From Octopus vulgaris (Eukaryota), in the NCBI GenBank assembly GCA_951406725.2, contig OX597821.1, positions 86,924,001 to 86,988,000 of the forward strand: 64,000 nt of DNA, read 5' to 3'. Positions 13,801 through 26,146 of this stretch are shown one piece after another (the stretch's first letter is position 1; each line of letters opens with the position of its first letter). The translations under genes and the position numbers were made by a program. The notes under the pieces were generated by a model. The model did not search any database and was not told where the DNA came from. It saw only the letters and a list, made by a program, of their open reading frames with translations.

Positions 13801-16800
13801 CAAAAGTATGAGGCAATGCCTGATTAATTCAAAACTATATGAATAAATAAACATCAGAGTGGCTAACTGGCTTCTGTGCTGGTGGCATGTAAAAAGCACC
13901 ATTCGAGTGTGATCGTTACCTGTGTCATCTTACTGGAACTTGTGCTGGTGACACATGAAAAAAGCATTCGAGCGAGGTCATTGCCAGGGCCACTGGACTG
14001 GTTCCTGTGCAGGTGGCATGTAAAAAACACCATTTGAGCGAGGCCGTTGCCAGTACCGCCTGACTGGCCCTCATGCCGGTAGCATGTAAAAGCACCCACT
14101 ACACTCTCAGAGTGGTTGGCGTTAGGAAGGGCATTCAGCTGTAGAAATTCTGCCAGATCAGATTGGAGCCTGGTGCAGCCATCTGGTTCGCCAGTCCTCA
14201 GTCAAATCGTCCAACCCATGCTAGCATGGAAAGCGGATGTTAAACGATGATACATTTGATAGAATAATCTGAATGCTAAAGCTTTGAGCAAAGCAATGCT
14301 ATCTAGTAAACCACTCATGAAATTTTGTTGTTTTATTCCCTACCAATTCAGTTAGATTAACTGAGAGACTGACAGATAGTGTCTTAATTGTTCATTCTCC
14401 AGTCAGTAAGCAGTAGCTTTGGATCTAAGTATTAAAAGCGGGGGGAAAAAAGGGGTATCATAAAATAATGTACATTATTAGAAAGTATTGGAAAAATTTC
14501 CTTATGTAACATACCAAACTCTTCTTTTGAGCACATTAGCTCTACTGTATCACCGACTTTAGCCACCTGAAATTTTGGAAAAGTTGGGGCAGAGTCTAGA
14601 AAACAAAGAAAAGAGATGTGATAATTGGAAATGAAACACGCAAATCAGATGATAAAACATGATTAATTTACAAATTTAATAGATTACCAAAAAAAAAAAA
14701 AAAAAACAAAACAAACACAAACTAATTATTAATAAATCAATTTCCTAACATAACTAAAAATACACATAAAAGTATTTGGAAATAATTTAAGATGTTATGT
14801 TTTCATATTTAGAAGCTGTTTAATTAACATCTAATAAGCAGAAACCAAAAAAATAAAAGTTAATGTGTTACAGTATACAGAAATTTAGATGATATTTTAA
14901 AGTTAAATTCTGAGAAATTATTAGCGGTAACCATAATACTATGCAGAATTCTTAAGGGGCTGTTTTGAAGGAGTCTTCAATAATACAAGTACAAAATCTC
15001 TGTTTACTCCACAACGTGTCTGTAAATGATAGGCTGTGCCTTTGTGGACCGTAGGCTTAGAATAGGGTCACTCAACTCCACTGTTTGCAAAAGTTTAGAT
15101 AAAACTCATCCGTTCTTACCTCAACTTGTGAAACGAAATGTTAGACTATACAGATCAATAAATAATTGATTAAACTTTATGTAAAATGGAATTATTTTAT
15201 GTGTCATGAGAAGAAGAGAATTCTAATGATTTGGAGAAGGAACGAGAAATGAGAACTTTATTCAGCAAATGTTTCAGACTCTAATATATTTTATTCTAAC
15301 AGATAAACAGCATCTCCAGTCATATGTATTCAACCTGAGTTTAGAACTGAAGAGCTGTACTACAATTAATAGAAATACAATAAATACTTTCTGCTCCATC
15401 TAATTTGATTAATGTAGCAATTTTGTACCAGTCCGAATCATATACAAACATAGTTACAAACATATAAAGGTAAAAATAAACCATACATAATAGTGCTAGT
15501 AATAGTCATTCTCTGGTTCATCAACTGATCAACTATTATATGTTTATAATTTACTGGCCAATTAACCAGAAATAGATAAGAGGGGGAAAAAAAAGTTAAT
15601 TTCAATGCTTTCCAGGACAAGAACTGGTTATGGACAGTAATTTGCTATGATTAATTAATAGCTTAGAATATTGGAGGTTAGAGTAAAATCAAATTCAAGA
15701 TAAACAAAATGAAAAATAAAAGCATTTTGCAGAATCTTGTAGAAAGTAATGGTTTTGTAACAATTCCTGAGAATCTTGTGTAAAAAGTTAACAGAGAAGT
15801 GAAAATGATAGTAAGCTATTATAAGCTATTATTACTGTGTTTGTGTCAGACTAAACTAGATAGAGACATGGTTAATGTAATATAACTTAAAGGACCTCTA
15901 GGCCATTGTGAAATTTTCATTGAGCTATTGTGACATGGCTCTACTGAAATACAACTGCAGCCACACAATAACAAGAAGTATCAGTGTTATTACAATGATA
16001 AGAAGTGCATGTAGTGTCTATAGCAAACTAAATTGATTCACATTTTGTGAGCTGTCTCAAGAATTGATAGATTGATGTCATGTCATCTCTGACAAACATT
16101 GCTAATGGTTCAATCTGTCTATTTATAATGATAGACTTTCTGTGTGACAAGTCCTGCACTCACTCTCTCTCTCTCTCCTCTTCACTAAACTGCAGCAGTT
16201 AAGTTTAGCAAGACAACTGAAAGTGATTTGGACAGATATCACAGTATGATGCACAATTTGACCCTATAGAGATGAAAAGGCAGCAACTGATATTAACATT
16301 ATGCTTTTCTTTCTATATTGACGTGGGATGGAAATACCTGTTAATTCAACCATTTGCAAGCATTCTTGTAATATTCTGAAAAGATAGAACTGGTTTCCTA
16401 CTACAATAATAATAATTTCTCCTTCTAAAATTGGTGGATTGATTATAAAGAAATGAATAAAAATAAAAAAAAGTTGTAGGAGATTTTTCTGACACAAGTC
16501 ACAGTAACTGAGGAAATAATCATCCAAACTTTTTGATAACCATGTCTAAAGTTGAAATTCATTGTAAACTGGATGAAGCCTGTCTTCTCTCATCCCCAAG
16601 CAATATAAATTAAGGTATAAGGAGCTGCTTGGAATCTCATTAGTACTAGTAATAAAGAAAACCACCCAGTATACTATGTAAAGTGTTTGGGTTAGCATTA
16701 GGAAGTACATTCAACTATAGAAATGATGCCAAAACATACACTGGAGCTTATGCAGTCCTCTGAGGTTGGGATCCTCTCAAACCATCAAAATCATGTCAGT

Positions 16801-18757
16801 AAAATGATGATGATGATGGTGATGATCCCTTCTTTTATGATTATGATTTTTTTCACTCTTTCAAATCAATGACGAAAAGACTAAAACATTTGAAAAAAAA
16901 TAATAAATAAACGAAAATAGGTATATTTTTCCTGGTTTTCCTAGTCATCATCATCGTTATCATCAGGTTTAATGCATGCTTTCCAGGTGAATCAATTTTG
17001 ACAGGATTTAGAGGAGAAAGGGCAGTGACCATAACCCTTTATTTTTTTCTCAGGGCTTTTAAGACTGGTGAGAGGAAAGGAGTAAGTTATGAACAAATGT
17101 GGAAACCTGGCCTAGTGTTCTGCTAAAGGTAGCCAAGGGCCGGCCAGGTGATGGTATTAAACCAGTTGAAGAAGTTTGGAAAGAAAAGCTCTGGCATTAG
17201 TAACCCTTAAGAATCAAATAAATAGAGACGATGATGAAGTTAATAGCGAAAGTGGTATTAATAATTATCAAACAACAATGAAGAAAAAGAAGGTTCAAAT
17301 GCCATTTCTTTTTCATCATTTATTTAGGGGTCAAAGAAATGCCCTTGATTCATTACAAGGCCTCCAAGACTTGAAGACAGAAGGGAGTAAGTTTGTACAT
17401 TACTACATATGTTTTATACACATTTTTGACAAGTTGTGGTGCACCTGAGCACTGTATACAATAATTTCATTATTATTATTATTATTACAATCTGATCGTG
17501 GCCGTTGCCAGCCTCGCCTGGCCTCCATGCCGGTGGCATGTAAAAAGCACCATCCGACCTGTGCAGGTGGCACGTAAAAAGCACCCACTACACTCACGGA
17601 GTGGTTGGCATTAGGAAGGGCATCCAGCTGTAGAAACACTGCCAGATAAGACTGGGCCTGGTGCAGCCTTCTGGCTTCCCAGACCCCAGTTGCACCGTCC
17701 AACCCATGCCAGCATGGAAAGCGGACGCTAAACGATGATGATGATGATAATACTTTGCAAGACACATATCAGTCAAAAGCAAATTTAACTGAGATCTTTC
17801 TAGTTTCATATACAGTAACAACTAATGACCCTTTAAATGTAACTAGGTGGTGAATAGACATTAAGTACAAAGAAGCCTGGCTATCCTATTGCAGGTGATG
17901 CTGTCTATGAGTCTGTGGAGTTGTGAAGATGATGAGGATAAAACTGATGACAAAGTAAACGGTAATGATATTATTAAGTGTTGTCAGCATTTCAAAAGAA
18001 TGTTTTGATCTACAAAATATTATTACAATAATGATTACAATCAGAAAATTACTTATCTTAATTAAAAATTCTAACAACAAAAGACACATTATGTAAGATA
18101 AAAAAGAAACGATTTTTTAAGAAAAATCAATAAAGAAAAGAAAAAGCACAACAAAACAAGATAGCATAAAGGAATTCACAATTCAATATCCATTCAATAT
18201 AATCCATCTTCATAGATTATTTCAAAATCAGAGGACATGCAATAAATAGGAAGGGAAGGTTTTTAAGCAAATCATTTTGTAGGTCTTTCGGTGTGGGAGA
18301 AAGGAGAGAATTCAAATACTCTATCAAATAATAAAATCATGCAAAAAGATTTTCACACAGGTTTCTTGAAAAGCAAGGATAATGATATAGTATTTAATTT
18401 GTTATGACATTGATACTAAATTCTATAAGGTTTTTGGAGGAATATTTGGATACAATCACTATTTCAGACCTTAATTTTAAATAGGTAAATTATACCTTCA
18501 AAGTGTTGGTGAAAACACTCAAAGGTGACCTTCAGACCTAGAAGTTTGTTTTATCCTACTGAATATAAATAAAGCAATTCAATTATATGAAAATATCTCT
18601 TTTCCAATTTTACAACCTAGAATAATGTAAAAGTGTGCATGCAAATATATATATATATATATATAATCTATCTAAATATAATCTATCTATATATTAGCTA
18701 TCTATATATTAGCTATCTACCTACCTACCTTCCTACCAGTCCTTCTCTCTCTCTCTC

Positions 18758-18815
<58 letters not shown>

Positions 18816-20252
18816 TCAAGGGTATAAAATCCTGTTAAAGGAATGTCAGTATCCAAGTTCCCTTTAATTCAATTTCTCAAATTAAATTAATTGGGCATGG
18901 AAACAATTGTAGGTGCTAAGAGTGTTTTTATTTGGAATTAAATACGTTCCAATATATTGATGTCTATATCTCAATTTATCTGTTTTCTTTTTCTTATGTG
19001 TGTGTGTGTATGTGTGTGTGTATATATATATATATAAACCTTTTATACTTTACTCGTTTTAGTCATTAGACTATGACCATACTGGAGCACTGCCTCAAAA
19101 GGTTTTTAGTTGAATGAATCGATTCCAGTACTTAGTTTTTTCCCAAGCTTGGTATTTATTCTTTTGGTTTCTTTTACCAAACTGCTAAGTTACAGGGGAC
19201 ATAAACACAGCAACATCGGTTCTCAAGGGGTGGTGAGGGACAAACACAAAAACATACATACATATATATATATATATATGATATGCTTCCTTCAGTTTCT
19301 GTCTACCACATCTAGTCACAAGGATTTAGTCAGTCTGATGTTATAGAAGAAGTCACTTGCCCAGGGAGTCATGCAGTGAAACTGAACCTGGAACCATGTG
19401 GTTGGGAAATAAACTGCTAATCACACAGCCATGTCTGTGCATATATATGTGTGTATACACATATATAAACCCTTTAATATCTGTATTATTTATGGTGCAA
19501 GATATATTTTATACTTTATGCAAACTGTTACAACTTTGGATTATAACATTTCGAGAATTAAAAAAAAAATAGGAAAAGAAAAGAAAGAAGGGGTGGGTGA
19601 GCAGCAGAAGATGGTGGGGGAGGGGGCAATGGATTACACACTCCAGAACAAATGGTGTACTCAGCCATGCCCTGTCATCATGACTGCAATTGTATTGCTG
19701 CTGAAAATGATACTCGCTGCAGCAGTCACTCCAACTTGCAGGGTTCAAATCCCAGATGGGTTACAGTTGTCAAGATTTTGCAGGGGAAACTGGTTGTGCA
19801 GGGTCTGAGAATATCTGCGACCTCGACAATGATTGGCACAAACAGGTAGTGACTGGTCAGGCTCCTGCATTTTATTTACTCTCCTCTCTTCTGCATTATG
19901 GGTGGTGATACCCGGAATTGCAGCCAATGCAGCAAGGTTGGAGCCAGAGAAAGTGTTGCATCTAAGACCAGGGATCTGCCTCCCTTCAATGGGCAGTGGG
20001 TTACTCCTTTGGGGCACTTACCAACCCCACAGTAAAGATCTACAGTCGAGATAGGAAACTAGCTGTGCTGAAACCCCTTCTAATTATGTCATTCAGAGTG
20101 GTATGTTGGGGGAATCGACCTACAGTAAAGCTACAGAATAATGGATGCAGGTGTTTTCGCTCAATAAACACACACAACACCCAGTCTGGGAATCGAAACC
20201 GCAATCCTACGACCGTGAGTCCGCTGCCCTAACCACTAGGCCATTGCGCCTC

Positions 20253-20312
<60 letters not shown>

Positions 20313-20940
20313 TGTAAATAAACATAATTTCAAAGACAGTCGTATTAAGTTTCTACTGGGAAATTGAAACAAAGTTGCTCATTTGACCAGGTTAGTGTGA
20401 TAGTAATAACATTCTGCCTCAGATTGTCATTTCTGTCTCCAATTGTATTTGTTCAGATGCGTATATCATTAGGTAATGTATGTGTGACGTACGAATTCTG
20501 TGAGAGAGGGAGAGAGAAAGAGGAGAGAGAGAGAAAGAGGAGAGAGAGAGAAAGAGGAGAGAGAGAGAAAGAGAGGGAGAGAGAAAGAGGAGAGAGAGAG
20601 AAAGAAGGACTCTGGTAAGAATAAGCAGAATTTACACATTCAAAGAAATGGCCTGGAAATGACAGGTGTCATGATCAATGAACTGTAGAAATATATTTAT
20701 ACATGATAAATTGACCAACTGATACAAAAGATTTTGTCTGAATATCTTTTTTTTTAATAACTTAAGTTAGATTGTTTCTCTATACACTATATAAAGTTTC
20801 ACTGAGATGTTGATAGGTCAAGGAATAAAAGACGTTGGCTAGTGTTATCATTATGAAGATTACTACCACCATCTGTTAGCATGTGTATGAAGACTATTAC
20901 TAATAGTCTTGTATATCATCATCGTCGTTTAACGTCCGTT

Positions 20941-20983
<43 letters not shown>

Positions 20984-23900
20984 TGGCTTCTGTGCCGGTG
21001 GCACATAAAAAGCACCATCCGAATGTGGCCGATGCCAGTGCCGCTTTGGCTGGCTTCCGTGCCGGTGGCACGTTAAAATCGTGGCCGACAGATCGTGGCC
21101 GATGCCAGACCCCCCTGGCACCTGCGCAGGTGGCACGTAAAAAGCACCCACTACACTCACGGAGTGGTTGGCGTTAGGAAGGGCATCCAGCTGTAGAAAC
21201 ATTGGCAGATCAGACTGGGCCTGGTGCAGCCCCTGGCTTCCCAGACCCCGGTCGAACCGTCCAACCCGTGCTAGCGCGGAAAATGGACGTTAAACGATGA
21301 TGATGATATGATGATGATATATATATATATCTCAGCAGTCCAACCCATGCCAGCATAGAAGGTGGATGTTAAATGATGATGAAATACATGTGTGAAGATT
21401 AACTATTAATGGCTAGCATATCTTTATGAAGATTGATAGGCATGGCTGTGGCTGTAGAATAAAGTTTGCTTCCAATCGCATGGTTTCAGGTTCAGTCCCA
21501 CTGCAGGACACCTTTGGCAAGTGTCTTCTACTACAGCCCTGGGATAACCCAAACCTTGCAAGTGGATTTGGTAGGTGGAGACTGAAAGAAGCCTGTCATA
21601 TAGATATGGGAGAGAGGTAGGAGATCATGTGTATGTTTGTACCTCTTTGTCTCAATATCATGTGAACTTTATAAATGAAGGCCATTCATTTCCAATATTG
21701 AGCAAAGCATGTCTGGCTATGGGGAAATATTACTCAGTTGGGAATCAGGTAAGGGTTCGTGACAGGGAGGGTCTCCAACCACAGAAAAATCTGCTTCAGT
21801 AAATTATGTCCAACCTATGCAAGCATGGCTGGCAAAGTGGACATGATTTCATTCAGACAAAATATATATAATGTAAAGTATAGAAGCCATCTTAACATGG
21901 CTAACCACATAGGGGAGGGGGTGTTACTGTAGTTTTATAGCCCCAAGGGATCGTCGTCTCCAGCTGGCTTTAGACACCATTTCAGTGCCCTTGAAGTATT
22001 TGCAAAGGGAGGCCATCCCTTCCTTGCAAGCCTGAGTGATACGCTCGGACTAGTTTCAGGATTTTTGTACGAGCGTATCACTCAGGCTTGTGAGGAAGGG
22101 ATGGCCTCCCTTTGCAAATACTTCAAGGGCACTGAAATGGTGTCTAAAGCCAGCTGGAGACGACGATCTCCTGGGGTTATAAAGCTACAGTAACACCCCC
22201 TCCCCTATGTGGTTAGCCATGTTAAGATGGCTTCTATACTTTACATTATCAAGCAATTACTGTTTCAATCTCATTCTGAGATTTAATAATATATATATAT
22301 ATATATTTAGATTTTGGATTTGGTTTGCAAGATTCTTTATGTGAATTCATGTGTTGAAGCATATTCTGTTGTGTCTGGGGAGAGTCATTTTCTTTTTTAC
22401 TGGTGAGTGTGTTAAATTATAAGGCAAAGAAAGAAAATGACTCTCCCCAGACACAACAGCATATGTACATACATACACTAAAATCCTACATAAGTGGTTT
22501 TAACTTTTATTTATTTTCTGTGGTGATTCAATCACTGTAGAGTTAGAGTGGTGGAATGTTTGAAGTATTGATGGAGTATAGATTTGATCTGAGTATTAAG
22601 AGTATGCTAACCTGAGCAAAGTTTTTTAACATCGATACAACTGGGTGTTAACTACCTTGGATAGGCAGCCTCTGTAACAAGTATGAGATTCCAGAACCTA
22701 TTCTATATTTGGAGAGATAAGCATTTTTCAGAGGCAAGATAATCCCTTCTTTCTACTATAGGCATAAGGCCTGAAATTTGGGGAGGTGGGGGGGGGGAAG
22801 AAGAATTAGGTCAATTACAGTCTTGGAACTCATAACTCTACTTGTGAAGACCTGTTGAGGCAAGTGAAAATCAAAATCAAAGAATCAAATCGAAATCGAT
22901 CCACATCAATGGAATTTGTAGTTTGTGGTACCAGTGCCGGTGGCACATAAGAGAACCTTCCGAACGTGGCCGTAGCCAGCACCGCATCGACTGGCCTCCG
23001 TGCTGGTGGCACGTAGCAAACACCATCTGATTGTGGCCGTTGCCAGCCTTGCCTGGCCTCCGTGCCGGTGGCACGTAAAAAACACCATCCGAGCGTGGCC
23101 GTTCGCCAACCTCGTCTGGCACCTGTGTCGGTGCCACATAAAAAACACCCACTAAACTCACGGAGTGGTTGGCGTTAGGAAGGGCATCCAGCTGTAGAAC
23201 CACCGCCAGATCTGACTGGCCTGGTGCAGCCTTCGGGCTTCCCAGACCCCAGTTGAACCGTCCAACCCATGCTAGCATGGAAAGCGGAAGTTAAACGATG
23301 ATGATGATGATGACATCCACCTCCAGTGCGTGACTGATACTTATTTAATCGAATCTGAAAGGATGAAAAGCTAAGTCGACCACGGCAAAATTTGAACCCA
23401 GAACGTAGCAACAGGTGAAATACCTATTTCTTTACTACCCACAAGGGGCTAAACACAGAGAGGACAAAAAAGGACAAATGGATTAAGTTGATTATATCAA
23501 CCCCAGCGTGTAACTGGTACTTATTTAATCAGCCCCGAAAGGATGAAAGGCAAAGTCTACCTTGGAATTTGAACTCAGAACGTAACGGCAGGTGAAATAC
23601 CACTAAGTGTTTTGTCCGGCATGCTAATGATTCTGCCAGCTTCCCGCCTTTTTTAGAGACAAGATAACAACACCAGTTTATTGTAGGTTCCATCTTAAGA
23701 GGACCTGGAGACATGTTTATATAAAGTTTCTCGTACCAAGTCTCCATTATTTCATTACAGGTAAGCAAAAACATACTTCTGAGATTTGTCTTTGTCAGCC
23801 AGTGAGATGAAACATGTCTGACAGAGATACCGATATCTTAACTCCGCATTTAGTGCACGGCACTCAACCACTTTCATCATGGCAATCTTAGGATAATGCA

Positions 23901-26095
23901 GATATTGATTTCTCGGACTATCTAGAAAAATTAACTCTGCTCTCATTTGAGAGACACTTTTAGTAAAAGGTTTTGTACATGAAAGATTAAATATAACACC
24001 AATTCTTTGACGATAATGACTACTACTACTACTACTACTACTACAACAACAACTGCTACTACTACTACACTAATAATAATAATGATGATGAAAATAATAA
24101 TGGTTTCAAATTTTGGCACAAGGCCAGCAATTTTAGGGAAGTGGGTAAGCCATATTACATCGATCCCAGTGCTCAAATGATATTTATTTTATCCATCCTG
24201 AAGGGATGAAAGCTAAAGCTGACCTAGGCAGAATTTGAACTCAGGATGTAAAGACAGATGAAATGCTGCTAAGCATTTTGCCTGGTGTGCTAACGACTCT
24301 GCCAGCTCACTACCTTCATAATAATAATTGTTTTTACCATAAGCAGAAGGCCTCAAAGTTTTAGGGAAGGGAGTTAGCCAAAGTAATTGACCTCAAGGAC
24401 ATGACTGATACCTTGTTTTAGCAACCTTGAAAGTATGGAAGCAAAGTTGACCTTGGTGGGATATGAACACAGAACGTAAAGAACCATAACTAATTCAACG
24501 ATTACCACAAGGCATTTTATCCAATGCTCTGGTAATTCTGCCAGGTCACCACCCTAAATGAAAATAATTGTTTCAAATTGTGGCAAACGGTCAACAACTG
24601 GGGAGGGGGGTTAGCCAATTACATTGACCCCAGTAACCAACTTGTATCTTATTTTATTGACCCTGAAATAATAAAAGGCAAAGTTGACCTCAGTGGTGTT
24701 TGAACTCAGAAAATATAGAGCTGGAAGAAATGCCTATTTCTTTATTGCCCACAAGGGGCTAAACATAGAAGGGACAAACAAGGACCGACAAGGGGATTAA
24801 GTCGATTACATCGACCCCAGTGCGTAACTGGTACTTTATTGACCCCGAAAGGATGAAAGGCAAAGTCGACCTTGGCGGAATTTGAACTCAGAACGCAACA
24901 GCAGACGAAATACTGCTAAACATTTCGCCCGGCGTGCTAATGTTTCTACCAGCTCGTCGTCTGGAAGAAATACCACTAAGCCTTTTATCAGATGCATTAA
25001 TGATTCAACTAGCTCAATGCCTCTATAATAATAATAATGGTTTCAAATTTTGCCACAAGTGCAGCGATTTTGGGGGAAGGGATGAGTCGATTACATCGAC
25101 CCCAGTGTTCACCTGGTACTTATTTTATCGACCCAAAAGGATGAAAGGCAAAGTCAATCTCAGTGGAATATAATAATAATAATCCTTTCTACTAAAGACA
25201 CTAGGCCTGAAATTTTTGGGGAGGGGACTAGTTGATTATATCGACCCCAGTATTTCACTGGTACTTATTTTATCAACCCCGAAAGGATGAAGGCAATGTC
25301 AACCTCAGTGGAAGATTATGATAATAATAATAAAGGCTTCAGATCCAGGTACAAAGCAAGTTTCAGTGGAGGGGTATGGGTGCTACAATTGACCCCAGAA
25401 TTTGGAGTGTACTTTATTTTACTGACCCTGGAGGAATTAAAGGCAAAGTTGACCTAGGTGACATTTGAAAGAGATAGAAGATCTTTATGCTACTCTTAAA
25501 TGATTCATTGCCCTAAATAACAACAACAACAATGATGATAATGACAACAATATCTATAATGTGATCAAAATTCACTAATACAATAAAGTCAGATGTAAAA
25601 AATATTTGGGAAAAACATACCTTTCTCACAAATGTAATGTACCTCAAGGTACTTGAAGGTGCCAGAACAGGGGTCTCCTCCAAATATGGAATTCTCAGCA
25701 GGAATTTTACAACTGACACGTCCATCACACCTAGGTGTAGCAGTTAGCATGCCATTAGTAGTCATAGACTCATCAAAAGATGCAATAAAAGGTTTGAAGC
25801 AATAGGGGACAATTGACATGTCATCAAGTCACCTGTTCTTGAGTTTCATTCAAATTTCAATTTCAAATTGTCATAATGATTATAACAATAAATAATAATA
25901 ATCCTTTCTATTAAGGGCATAAGGTCTAAATTTAGGAGGGGAGTAGTTGGGAACATTGACCCACTAATACTTAATTTATCGACCCTGAAAAGATGAAAGG
26001 CAAAGTTGACCTTGGCAGAATTTGAACACATAAAACACATAAAATGCTGCTAAACATTTTGCCAGATGTGCTAACAGTTCTGCCAGTTCACCACC

Positions 26096-26146
<51 letters not shown>

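Noticed and set aside
15119-15145. Candidate microexon ending GAG|gtaaga between the lectin and Ig exons
   Set aside because: Possible acceptors give 5 or 26 nt, which shift the frame or introduce a stop. No other support.
18895-18918. GAAA-caattg-TA hammerhead 3' half
   Set aside because: No stem II or 5' core is recognisable, so it could be chance.
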